A DNA stretch of 64,000 nt. Source: a virus. A program made the translations under genes and the position numbers. The notes below the pieces were generated by a model. It saw nothing but the letters and a program-made list of their open reading frames with translations. It did no database searches and was not told where the DNA came from. The stretch's first letter is position 1, and every line of letters starts with the position of its first letter. The stretch is from IMG/VR virus record IMGVR_UViG_3300017963_000230, positions 1 to 64,000 of that record, one strand, 5' to 3'. Positions 1 to 7,668 of the stretch are shown here, in pieces.

Positions 1-23
1 AATATTGTTTAGAAATATTATTG

Positions 24-133
24 TAGTTATGTAGTTATGTAGTAGTATAGTAATGTAGTAATACAGTAGTATAGTAATGTAGTAGTATAGTAATGTAGTA
101 ATACAGTAGTATAGTAATGTAGTAATATAGTGT
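24..133. repeat. Tandem direct repeat: perfect 40-bp unit x2 (39-78, 79-118) with partial copies on both flanks
   Basis: gtagtagtatagtaatgtagtaatacagtagtatagtaat is read twice in a row without mismatch. It is built from GTAGTA-type sub-motifs and has no ORF. Confidence 0.9.
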
Positions 134-142
134 ATATATAAT

Positions 143-310
143 GCTACATTGTAGCAGTAATACATTGTAGTATATATTGACAATAATTGTCATATACTAC
201 ATTGTAATATTATTAATAATTACAGTATGTTATAGCGTTTTTTGACAAAAATTGTCAAAAGTGACGTGAATTGTCACTTTTCAGTATATAGCATATACTA
301 CAATGTAGTA
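143..310. promoter_or_regulatory. Cluster of short palindromes (candidate operator, origin or packaging sites)
   Basis: TGACA-N5-TGTCA-type palindromes at 178-192, 243-257 and 261-277 (the last imperfect). CTACA(T/A)TGTAG-type palindromes at 143-155, 161-172, 197-206 and 296-310. Confidence 0.6.
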
Positions 311-587
311 TATAAGAAATAAATTTATATTTATATTTGTAATGATATTAAGTACTTATAAATAAATTAAAAAAAATATGCAAATATATGCTATTGTGCA
401 TGAAACTTGCTTTATATAATAGCATGACAGCGAAACAAAAAAATAAAAAGTACATAAAAGACTTGACAAAAGACTTAAAAGTATATAGACTTTTATGTAT
501 TACAAACTACAAAATTAACAACTTATTTGACGCTAAAAAATATTACTATGTCAAAAGCAATTAAAATATTAATTTCGTTATACTTAT

Positions 588-616
588 TTGCAATACTTTA
601 TTGTATTACTTATAAT
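588..616 (+). promoter_or_regulatory. Sigma70-type promoter for the first ORF
   Basis: TTGCAA (588-593), 17-nt spacer, TATAAT (611-616), about 70 nt upstream of ATG 689. Confidence 0.6.
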
Positions 617-617
617 G

Positions 618-635
618 ACAGCTTGACTTGCTTGC
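618..635. repeat. Left arm of an 18-bp perfect inverted repeat flanking ORF 689-1159
   Basis: acagcttgacttgcttgc is the exact reverse complement of 1170-1187. Confidence 0.9.
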
Positions 636-688
636 TTAATTTCTTTAACAGCTATTTTAAATAATAGCAGAAAAGCGAAGTGTGCATT

Positions 689-1159
689 ATGACAAGTAAA
701 GAAAAAAGCAAAGCAAGTAAATTATACAGTATGTTTGTTGACAGCGCAACGACTGACAACGAAAAAAGTACAGCTAAAAACAAGCTGACTAACTTGCTAA
801 AAAAACATAAAGCAAGTTTAGCTGACTTTGTTGACAACGTAAGCGCTGACAACGCTAAACTGTTTGACTTCAGCGAAAAGAAAGAAACTGAAGTCAAACG
901 AAATTACAAACTTTCAGACAATACGCTGAAAGCAAGTAATAATAAGAGGTCACGCAGAAAACTTATTATTGACATGCTGAAAGAAAACAATTTCACGAAA
1001 CGTGAAATTGCAAGCATATTGACTGAAAAGCATGAAATTGCTGACTACAAAAATAACTTGAAAGCGGTTTCGGGTACAATTTACGATCTAGCTACACACA
1101 ACGTAGCTACATTTAAAATTGACAACGAAACAGACAAAATAATTTCAGTTTTTGCGTAG
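689..1159 (+). CDS. Hypothetical protein with a C-terminal winged-helix-like segment; paralogous to the 8584-9042 product
   Basis: ATG 689 (GTG 680 is also open). C-terminal RRKLIIDMLKEN...KAVSGTIYDL resembles RRSIIIEAIKEG...VAVSGTIADL of 8584-9042. Confidence 0.6.
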   Translation: MTSKEKSKASKLYSMFVDSATTDNEKSTAKNKLTNLLKKHKASLADFVDNVSADNAKLFDFSEKKETEVKRNYKLSDNTLKASNNKRSRRKLIIDMLKENNFTKREIASILTEKHEIADYKNNLKAVSGTIYDLATHNVATFKIDNETDKIISVFA

Positions 1160-1169
1160 TCAATAACTT

Positions 1170-1187
1170 GCAAGCAAGTCAAGCTGT
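1170..1187. repeat. Right arm of the 18-bp perfect inverted repeat flanking ORF 689-1159
   Basis: gcaagcaagtcaagctgt starts 11 nt after the stop codon at 1157-1159. Confidence 0.9.
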
Positions 1188-1322
1188 ATATTTTAAACAA
1201 CTAAAAAAGAAAGCTAAAAACATGACAAAATTAATTAATTTACTAACTGAAATTATTTTGCTTGTAACAACACTATTTTTTAATAGTGTAGTTATTTACT
1301 TAGTTTTAAACTAACTGTATAT

Positions 1323-1365
1323 AAAAATAATACATGTATTAATTACATATACATGTATTATTTTT
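1323..1365. terminator. AT-rich perfect 17-bp inverted repeat hairpin (possible bidirectional terminator)
   Basis: aaaaataatacatgtat (1323-1339), 9-nt loop, atacatgtattattttt (1349-1365). The stem is almost all A/T, so a terminator role is uncertain. Confidence 0.3.
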
Positions 1366-1459
1366 AAGCAAAATGATGAAGCGGTGTTATTTACTTAATG
1401 AAGCAAATTTACTAAATATGCTTCATTAAATAAATAAACTACATGCAATAAATATGCAA

Positions 1460-1870
1460 TATTTACTGAAACCCATACAACCCATGAAGCCCGACCTCCA
1501 CCCCAGACCACGCCATATCCGCCATCCCGTATACCTCCGCCAGCCATGACCTACCGTGATCCCTATACGCCCGTGATCCCACATAGCCTGCACCCCTACC
1601 CCCACGGTCTGGTCTGGCGCGGTCTGGTCTGATGTGATTCAATCTAATCCACGCTCACCCACGCAGCCTCCCAATCGTCCCATTCTAATCCATTCGTAGC
1701 CCATGGTCTGGTCTGGTCTGGGCAGGCGTGGTCTGGTCTGATACTATCTAAATCATGAAGCCCGAAGCCTCTGCTCCTCACCCACGCCCTGCTCTGCTCT
1801 TGCCCGTAAACCTGCGTGAGTCGTTAAACTATGCAATCAGAGGGTAGGCGCGGGTTGATATGATTGATTA
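1460..1870. other. Non-coding C-rich, G-poor island with short direct repeats
   Basis: No ORF >=60 aa in any frame from 1160 to 1877. G+C is visibly higher than in the flanks. GGTCTGGTCTG(G) at 1606, 1621, 1705, 1730; CATGAAGCCCGA at 1483 and 1754; CTCACCCACGC at 1654 and 1777; TCTAATCCA at 1643 and 1684. Confidence 0.7.
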
Positions 1871-2112
1871 AGACTGTGTGGGCAGGATAGGTGTAGATGA
1901 TTATATGCTTTCGTACTCACATCTGCTCTTGCTCATACCTGGGCTCGTCGCCACACCCCATGCACTCCATGATTCGATACAATCAATCAAGCTATACCTA
2001 CCCTTATTTACTTTGTTTCTTAGCTACTACTGCGATACTAAAGGAAAGATACTATCCTTATCACGATTCGCACCTTCCCATGATGCTACTGCTATAAACG
2101 GATATACCTGAG

Positions 2113-2147
2113 TATTATCTTGTTCTCCATTTTTACTATGCTATACT
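2113..2147 (+). promoter_or_regulatory. Candidate promoter
   Basis: tattatcTTGTTC (2120-2125), 16 nt, TATACT (2142-2147). It resembles the recurring ATCTTGCA promoter family. Confidence 0.35.
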
Positions 2148-2202
2148 ATGTACTATGTGAAGTGTATAACTTTTAACTTGGATTGGAAAGGAAAGAATAG
2201 GG

Positions 2203-2322
2203 ATGGACTTATTAATTAGCTTGTTTGATATGGTACGGTGGCCTTTGGTGGTACTTATTTGTTGTGGGATGGTTTGTGGAACGATTACTGATGTGGTTGA
2301 GTCGATGTGGTCAGAAGATTAG
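2203..2322 (+). CDS. Micro-ORF, 39 aa, one predicted transmembrane helix
   Basis: ATG 55 nt after the candidate promoter. Product is MDLLISLFDMVRWPLVVLICCGMVCGT.... It falls below the ORF-track length cutoff. Confidence 0.3.
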   Translation: MDLLISLFDMVRWPLVVLICCGMVCGTITDVVESMWSED

Positions 2323-2384
2323 TGAGAAAAGATTAGGTTGCTGAGAAATTTGTGAGAAAATATTAGTGAGAAATTGTTAGAAAT
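2322..2384 (+). promoter_or_regulatory. Array of five (G/C)TGAGAAA-type direct repeats
   Basis: gtgagaaaa 2322, ctgagaaat 2341, gtgagaaaa 2352, gtgagaaat 2366, gttagaaat 2376. The same motif recurs at 5582-5639. Confidence 0.6.
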
Positions 2385-2426
2385 TTTTAATGGATAGGTG
2401 TGATAAATTTTATGGGTATGTGTAAG

Positions 2427-2474
2427 AAATATCTTGTATAACCACATGAAATGTATTACATTATTAATATGAAA
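2427..2474 (+). promoter_or_regulatory. Early promoter; copy 1 of a 48-bp perfect repeat
   Basis: aaatatcTTGTATaaccacatgaaatgtatTACATTattaatatgaaa is identical to 3747-3794. It sits 34 nt upstream of ATG 2508. Confidence 0.6.
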
Positions 2475-2507
2475 GCAAGAAAACACAAAGAAGGGAGGTG
2501 AGTAGGG

Positions 2508-2912
2508 ATGATAAAAGCGAAGCGAGAAATTTATAAGAGCAGGGTGACGAGTGCTGAAGAGGATAGGAAAGCAGCACAGAATCATGGTCTGCACCCCAAC
2601 CCTGAAACGAGTCACGAGCACAGAGTTTGGACTGTTAAGGGTGACGGTCGTAATTGTACCGCGGTCATCAGCGAGTATGAGGGCACTACACCTTACCGTG
2701 TTTCTTTCGTAATGCACCACGACAAGCACGAAGCGGTCATTATAGACAATGGGCAATGGGATTTGTTGTGCTTCGATCTGGATTATGACAGAAACGAAGT
2801 TTGGGTAGCATGTGAAAACTATTTGGATTGGGTGAAAAGGGACCATGATTTATACAGTTGCGACAATTACGAGTTTAAAGACTATGACGATCTGATGGCG
2901 GTGTTGTCGTAA
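2508..2912 (+). CDS. Hypothetical early protein
   Basis: 134-aa ORF with a GGGAGGTG SD 8 nt upstream. No motif recognised. Confidence 0.75.
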   Translation: MIKAKREIYKSRVTSAEEDRKAAQNHGLHPNPETSHEHRVWTVKGDGRNCTAVISEYEGTTPYRVSFVMHHDKHEAVIIDNGQWDLLCFDLDYDRNEVWVACENYLDWVKRDHDLYSCDNYEFKDYDDLMAVLS

Positions 2913-3048
2913 GTGGTGTTTATTTTGTGCTTGCTTGTGCATTAGAAAGAAAAGATCATGCAATGTCCGCGAAATAAGCAAGCGCAAACTAAGTAACCAT
3001 TTGCAGTTTTAACGTGCGAAAATTAAAACAAGAAGGGAGGTGGTGAGG

Positions 3049-3309
3049 GTGAAAGAAAGAACTGATTATTATGAGTTTGTTTCTGGCGACTACGGGGATA
3101 GACAATTTAGAATTGATTATACTGCTGACTGGGTTGAGGTGAGTTGGGTAGCAGATGATGGAAACGACACACATGGGTTTAAACTGAGTATTGACAACGA
3201 AAACGGACTGGTTAGTTGCTTGGAGCACACTGGAATTGAGTGTGATATGGTGGCAATGGTGGGTTTAATTATTGACTTAGAAGTGAGAGGAGAACTGGTC
3301 GATGAGTAA
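3049..3309 (+). CDS. Hypothetical early protein (acidic)
   Basis: GTG 3049 sits 8 nt after a GGGAGG SD. The track start at 3040 is too close to the SD. Confidence 0.65.
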   Translation: MKERTDYYEFVSGDYGDRQFRIDYTADWVEVSWVADDGNDTHGFKLSIDNENGLVSCLEHTGIECDMVAMVGLIIDLEVRGELVDE

Positions 3310-3676
3310 CAATTTACCACAAAAAGGCCCGCAGCTTTTGGGCGACAGCTACAAATGTAGGGTAGCGTGTGAGTTTAAGGACTATGGGTTCATGAGACGC
3401 ATGCCCACGGGCTACAGAGTAGTGGAGCGAGAAAGGTATTTCTGCACTGGGTCAAAGGGTAACAGAGTCGGTGACATTATAGAAGTTTGGTGCAGGAATG
3501 GTCGCTGGCAAAAGAAACTGCGGTACGATCATGTAGCGGCTTTTAAGGCACGGATAGTGCAGCGGTACTACACGGAGAACGAGCACATGCTGTATGGGTG
3601 CTTTCGCAATTACCATGCACGGGTTTACATTTTAGAAGGTCGCTTTGCTGGTAAGAGTGTAAGCATACGGTACTAG
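3302..3676 (+). CDS. Hypothetical early protein
   Basis: 124-aa ORF overlapping the previous stop by 8 nt. Confidence 0.7.
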   Translation: MSNNLPQKGPQLLGDSYKCRVACEFKDYGFMRRMPTGYRVVERERYFCTGSKGNRVGDIIEVWCRNGRWQKKLRYDHVAAFKARIVQRYYTENEHMLYGCFRNYHARVYILEGRFAGKSVSIRY

Positions 3677-3746
3677 GCGGGTAGCGCAGTTTAATGTGTG
3701 TTGGGGAGGTGAGGTGCAAGCAGAGTTATCCGCTAAAATATAAACA

Positions 3747-3794
3747 AAATATCTTGTATAACCACATGAAATGTATTACATTATTAATATGAAA
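3747..3794 (+). promoter_or_regulatory. Early promoter; copy 2 of the 48-bp perfect repeat
   Basis: Identical to 2427-2474 and upstream of ATG 3833. Confidence 0.6.
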
Positions 3795-3832
3795 AGCGAA
3801 AACAAAACAGCAAAAGAGGGGAGGTGAAAAGT

Positions 3833-4099
3833 ATGCGGTTTTCAATTAGAAAACAAGACGGTACGGTACAGCGTGTGGATGTTGACAGCGTTTGGGTGCA
3901 AGCGGTACACGGTGAAATGAAATGCGGAGAGGTCGTAGACGATTACAGACTGTTGTGGGAATATGACGACGGATGCTTCAAAGCGGATGAAGGATGCTGT
4001 GCAACGCCCTGGGAATGTGACCACGACCAAGAAACACGTGGTCTTGTCTATTTTCGTAACTCAAACATGTACATCACATACGACGGGTTGCTACCATGA
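3833..4099 (+). CDS. Hypothetical early protein (Cys-rich C-terminal half)
   Basis: ATG 3833 is 8 nt after a GGAGG SD. The track start GTG 3824 overlaps the SD. Confidence 0.7.
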   Translation: MRFSIRKQDGTVQRVDVDSVWVQAVHGEMKCGEVVDDYRLLWEYDDGCFKADEGCCATPWECDHDQETRGLVYFRNSNMYITYDGLLP

Positions 4100-4296
4100 A
4101 AAAGAAACTCTTTGCGCTAATTTTAGCAGGTCTGATACTAAGTGGATGCGCTAAAAACATACACTGGTTTCGGGCTACTGACGAGTGCTGTACGGATGCG
4201 TGTATTACAGCACGGACTGGTGACTTCAACCCCGCTGACCCATGCTACAGCAGCGGGCATTTAGATGAGCACATAGCATTTGATGAGGAACTTTAA
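4096..4296 (+). CDS. Putative lipoprotein
   Basis: MKKKLFALILAGLILSGC gives a signal peptide plus an L-S-G-C lipobox. ATGA overlap with the upstream ORF. Confidence 0.7.
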   Translation: MKKKLFALILAGLILSGCAKNIHWFRATDECCTDACITARTGDFNPADPCYSSGHLDEHIAFDEEL

Positions 4297-4309
4297 AAGG
4301 AGGTGCAAA

Positions 4310-4513
4310 ATGTGTATCAAAGACTTTGAAGGGTGTAGCAGGTGTGGTAATGATACGCTTGACTACGAAGGTGAGGCTGGTGCACCTGGTGTCGGTTCAT
4401 TTTGGAGATGCCCAAAGTGTGGCGTTTCATACCACAAACGCTATGGGCGCTTCACATTAATGGAGCAGGTTGACCCACTTGACTTAGTACTGCAACCATG
4501 GCAAGTACAATAG
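4310..4513 (+). CDS. Small zinc-ribbon-like protein
   Basis: AAAGGAGGTG SD before ATG 4310. CxxC pairs CSRCG and CPKCG. Confidence 0.7.
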   Translation: MCIKDFEGCSRCGNDTLDYEGEAGAPGVGSFWRCPKCGVSYHKRYGRFTLMEQVDPLDLVLQPWQVQ

Positions 4514-4591
4514 CTCATGATTACATAGCTTATGTGGAGAGGGCATAAGCTATGTGGTAAGTGCTACTGCACTGGGAAGGAGGTGAAGAAT

Positions 4592-4972
4592 ATGAGTTTC
4601 AAAGACGAGTATAATAAAGCAGAAACTGGTGGAGATTTGGACAGGGCGATAGAACGGTGCTTGACGGTGGCAGAACGGGATAAGCTGATTGAGGCGATGG
4701 AGATTGTGGAAGAGTACACTGGGCTGGACATGAGGCAGGAGTACTTGATGATGGTGCTGAAAGCGATGAAGAAGGTGGAGAAGCGAAGCAGAAGGTGGGG
4801 CATATGGGCCATGCGGTCCTCCCTGAGCCATATGGGACCTGCTGAGTCCTGGTGCAAGCGTGATGGTGAGGTGATGATCTTTGAGGACGAGCAGGAAGCA
4901 CAAGACCAATGTGATGAATACAACGATCACGCTGGTCCCAACGTAGCATATCAGGTGCGTGAGTATGTATGA
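4592..4972 (+). CDS. Hypothetical protein
   Basis: GGAAGGAGGTG SD before ATG 4592, in frame within track ORF 4532-4972. Confidence 0.7.
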   Translation: MSFKDEYNKAETGGDLDRAIERCLTVAERDKLIEAMEIVEEYTGLDMRQEYLMMVLKAMKKVEKRSRRWGIWAMRSSLSHMGPAESWCKRDGEVMIFEDEQEAQDQCDEYNDHAGPNVAYQVREYV

Positions 4973-5010
4973 AAAAATATCTTGCAGGGCGAATGGAAAC
5001 ATGCTACATT
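4973..5010 (+). promoter_or_regulatory. Early promoter (AAAATATCTTGCA family)
   Basis: aaaaaatatcTTGCAG (4982-4987), 17 nt, TACATT (5005-5010). Confidence 0.55.
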
Positions 5011-5066
5011 ATATGTGCAAGCTAAGAAATTGGTGAGCACATGACTAAGGAAGAGGGAAATAGCTC

Positions 5067-5144
5067 ATGAAATTGGACATTTACATTGGATTGATGGTAG
5101 CAATTATAGCTATCATCTCGGTTCTTCACTTTAGCCTTTGCTAA
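5067..5144 (+). CDS. Micro-ORF, 25 aa, hydrophobic
   Basis: AGGAAGAGGG upstream. Product is MKLDIYIGLMVAIIAIISVLHFSLC. Confidence 0.25.
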   Translation: MKLDIYIGLMVAIIAIISVLHFSLC

Positions 5145-5161
5145 GGAAAGGAGCGACTGAA

Positions 5162-5341
5162 ATGGAAGAGGCCCAAGAGCAACATCAATATAAACCCCGC
5201 CGTCCAAGATCTCACGAAGACCGCTACTTAAACGATCCCCGTTGGGAAACAGCTAAGAGACTCGCTTCAGAGTGCCGCTTTGCAGAGTGCAACGTGCTGG
5301 TATTGCGGATAATGAGATCGTACGGCAAAATTTACAGTTAA
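5162..5341 (+). CDS. Hypothetical protein
   Basis: AAGGAAAGGAG SD before ATG 5162, in frame with track ORF 5138-5341. Confidence 0.6.
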   Translation: MEEAQEQHQYKPRRPRSHEDRYLNDPRWETAKRLASECRFAECNVLVLRIMRSYGKIYS

Positions 5342-5354
5342 GGAGATTAGAGTC

Positions 5355-5567
5355 ATGGGAGAAAACTTACTGGTATTAGCAAAAGAAGCGTCTGGTTATG
5401 ACACAGTGATGGGTATGCTGGAAGACTCAGTAGACGGTATCGCTGTGGGAATCTGCGACAAATGCCACGCAATCCGTGACGTGGAGCCTGACGCCAGCAA
5501 CTACGATTGCTGGGAATGTGAAGGTGGCAAGGTAAACAGTGTACTGGTACTTGGAGGACTCATTTAG
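5355..5567 (+). CDS. Hypothetical protein with a Cys/His cluster
   Basis: AAGGAG SD. Contains CDKCH...CWEC. Confidence 0.65.
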   Translation: MGENLLVLAKEASGYDTVMGMLEDSVDGIAVGICDKCHAIRDVEPDASNYDCWECEGGKVNSVLVLGGLI

Positions 5568-5581
5568 GATTCTTCAACCTC

Positions 5582-5639
5582 TTTTCTCACTGCTGTTGTA
5601 GGTAGTAGTGAGAAAAGATGCTGAGAAATCCTGAGAAAA
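5582..5639 (+). promoter_or_regulatory. Second (G/C)TGAGAAA array, including a 10-bp hairpin
   Basis: cttttctcac (5581-5590) pairs with gtgagaaaag (5608-5617). Followed by ctgagaaat 5621 and ctgagaaaa 5631. Confidence 0.55.
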
Positions 5640-5649
5640 GGAAAGCAAA

Positions 5650-5874
5650 ATGCCAAAAAAGATTAGAGTCTATACAGTTAAATGCAGAAGAGGTTGCGGT
5701 AAGGTATTAGCAACCACAAATAGGTCAATCTGGGGTGTACCACAACATATACGAGAAAAGTACCAAGGTATATGCGGTGACTGTTTGACCCCAGAAGAAC
5801 ACAGGGAGATATTTGAAGCCACCCAGAAAGCGGTAGAAAGGAAATGCCATGAGACTCACACTCTCCGACAATGA
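5650..5874 (+). CDS. Small Cys-rich (zinc-ribbon-like) protein
   Basis: CRRGCG...CGDC in a 74-aa ORF. Confidence 0.65.
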   Translation: MPKKIRVYTVKCRRGCGKVLATTNRSIWGVPQHIREKYQGICGDCLTPEEHREIFEATQKAVERKCHETHTLRQ

Positions 5875-6067
5875 AGGCGAAGTCCTAAACACTTGGGAAA
5901 TTGTAGAAGATTACCCAGTAGACTTTGATTTTGAAGACCTAGATGATGACTGGGCTGAAGATAAAATTATCATCAGTGAGGTAAACAGGGCTCCACTCTC
6001 TGCCTCCTCTTATGGTCGCCAAATACTGAGAGAAATACAGAGGATGTGGGAAGTAGGAAGGAGATAG
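5849..6067 (+). CDS. Hypothetical acidic protein
   Basis: 72-aa ORF with a 26-nt overlap on the upstream gene. Confidence 0.55.
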   Translation: MRLTLSDNEGEVLNTWEIVEDYPVDFDFEDLDDDWAEDKIIISEVNRAPLSASSYGRQILREIQRMWEVGRR

Positions 6068-6069
6068 AA

Positions 6070-6282
6070 ATGCGTATCGTAATTAAATTGGACGAAAAGA
6101 TAGAAGGTTTCAAGGGAGCAGATGGTTTCACCAGAGAAAAGCTCGTAGCCGATACTCTTTATAAAGTATTTGATAAGGCGGGAGAAAGATTTGAAACCAT
6201 CAGCTTATGGATAGAAAACAGTGAGTGTAATGAACTGGTTATGAACTTTGAAACTGGTGACATTATTACTCGTCTGCGCTGA
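6070..6282 (+). CDS. Hypothetical protein
   Basis: GGAAGGAG SD before ATG 6070, in frame with track ORF 6046-6282. Confidence 0.65.
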   Translation: MRIVIKLDEKIEGFKGADGFTREKLVADTLYKVFDKAGERFETISLWIENSECNELVMNFETGDIITRLR

Positions 6283-6328
6283 AATTGCAGTTTTAATAGC
6301 GTACAGAATCGTAAATCCCACGCTTTCA

Positions 6329-6364
6329 TTTGACGAATTCTGCATGAACTTTTGCTTTTAATGC
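6329..6364 (-). promoter_or_regulatory. Conserved ~38-nt intergenic motif, copy A (minus orientation)
   Basis: Its reverse complement gcattaaaagcaaaagttcatgcagaattcgtcaaa matches the copies at 10810, 30182 and 51195. Confidence 0.6.
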
Positions 6365-6404
6365 TATGACAAGCAGTAAATAAAAACCACGAAGGGAAAT
6401 GAAG

Positions 6405-6788
6405 ATGAAGTATTGTCCGAAATGTAAGAGCAAACTGTACCCCTACGACAGCACAGATATGGAGAAATATGGTATCTGCTCTTATTGCACAACATTTGGT
6501 AAGTTACCAAAAGAGGAAGCCATTGCAGCGGGTTGGCATTTTGGTATGGGTAACTTAGGGCTCTTAGGAGGAATAGGTACTCCTGATGACCTACCAAAGC
6601 TGATAAAAGAAAGCAATGGTGACTGGAAGAAAGTAGCTAACGAGTATGATTATTTCCTCCAGTCCCTCATGGAGTCAGACCAAATGTACGATGACTGCTT
6701 GGAAGAAGTCGACCATTGGATTAAAATAATGATTAAAGGAGAGGACGAGTACTTCTTAAAAGAATGGGAGAAAAGGAAAAATGGATGA
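6405..6788 (+). CDS. Zinc-ribbon protein
   Basis: CPKCKSK...CSYC at the N-terminus. ATG 6405 is better spaced from the GAAGGGA SD than ATG 6399. Confidence 0.7.
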   Translation: MKYCPKCKSKLYPYDSTDMEKYGICSYCTTFGKLPKEEAIAAGWHFGMGNLGLLGGIGTPDDLPKLIKESNGDWKKVANEYDYFLQSLMESDQMYDDCLEEVDHWIKIMIKGEDEYFLKEWEKRKNG

Positions 6789-6849
6789 AATAATCATATT
6801 TTGGATCATTGTTTTGGCACTAATACCTTTCATAGTGAGGAATTGAAAA

Positions 6850-7206
6850 ATGGGCACACACTCTCCAGGAAGATACAGAAGAAAAGGACGTAACGCATTT
6901 GTGCCAGGAGAAACTAATCCTGAAGATTTCTTCGACTACCCTAAAAAGTCATGGTGGTATAAACATCATTTGGAAGATTTCTTAGAAGGATGGGAAGAAG
7001 CAAAAAGGAAATATGAAAAGGAGGAAAATAAAATGATAGAATTCCCAATTTACTTTGACGATCTCAATGAGGAAACACAGAAAAGGTTTCTCGAAGTGCA
7101 AGGACTGAGTAGCCCTGAAGAAGGAAACTACGACATAACTCCAATTGCTATTGTACAGCACGACGATGAAGATATAGATGAGTGTCCAACTAAAGGTATG
7201 ATTTAA
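6850..7206 (+). CDS. Hypothetical protein
   Basis: 118-aa ORF. Confidence 0.65.
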   Translation: MGTHSPGRYRRKGRNAFVPGETNPEDFFDYPKKSWWYKHHLEDFLEGWEEAKRKYEKEENKMIEFPIYFDDLNEETQKRFLEVQGLSSPEEGNYDITPIAIVQHDDEDIDECPTKGMI

Positions 7207-7211
7207 ATTTA

Positions 7212-7249
7212 TAATTTATCTTGACAGCACCGGCCTTTTATACTATACT
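7212..7249 (+). promoter_or_regulatory. Early promoter (family member)
   Basis: taatttatcTTGACA (7221-7226), 17 nt, TATACT (7244-7249). Confidence 0.6.
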
Positions 7250-7255
7250 ATAGAT

Positions 7256-7390
7256 ATGAAAACAATACGAAGAATACAAAAAAGATGGGAAGAGGTTCCA
7301 GAGTGGATTAAGGACATAATTGGATTAATTGGTTTACTTTATGCCCTTTTCGTGTTCGCTAACATCATGGGATACGCTTCATGGAAGTAA
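7256..7390 (+). CDS. Micro-ORF, 44 aa, one transmembrane helix
   Basis: Starts 7 nt after the -10 element. Contains IIGLIGLLYALFVFANIMGY. Its stop overlaps ATG 7381. Confidence 0.4.
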   Translation: MKTIRRIQKRWEEVPEWIKDIIGLIGLLYALFVFANIMGYASWK

Positions 7391-7668
7391 AAAAGAATCT
7401 ATACAAAGGCACTTTCAACTGGTTCGGAGAAGTTCACACACTCTACACTCACTCCTCCTCCTTCGCTAAAGCCCGCACTTCCCTATTCCACAAATTAGCT
7501 GACAAAGTAGGATACCATTTCGCCTACGTATCCAATTACTACAGTATTGATAAAAATTATCAAATCAATCAGGAGGTACAAAATGCCAAAGACCCTGAAG
7601 TACACGAGAAGAGACGTGGAGTTCAACAATCTCTCTTTCCTGGCACGCCCTTTGAGAACAATAGATAA
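7381..7668 (+). CDS. Hypothetical protein
   Basis: 95-aa ORF. Its 3' end overlaps the next gene by 86 nt in another frame. Confidence 0.5.
   Translation: MEVKKNLYKGTFNWFGEVHTLYTHSSSFAKARTSLFHKLADKVGYHFAYVSNYYSIDKNYQINQEVQNAKDPEVHEKRRGVQQSLFPGTPFENNR

Noticed and set aside
1878-2111. Two overlapping plus-strand ORFs (77 and 66 aa) in the non-coding end region
   Set aside because: They have no ribosome-binding site and an odd composition, and they overlap each other in different frames within a repeat-rich non-coding stretch.
2319-2846. 175-aa minus-strand ORF
   Set aside because: It is antisense to a well-supported plus-strand gene with SD and promoter, and it runs through the TGAGAAA array and the promoter repeat. 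It has no SD of its own.
4550-5002. Three minus-strand ORFs (150, 119 and 116 aa)
   Set aside because: All are antisense to the SD-led plus-strand gene 4592-4972 in a locally G+C-richer region, where spurious ORFs are expected.
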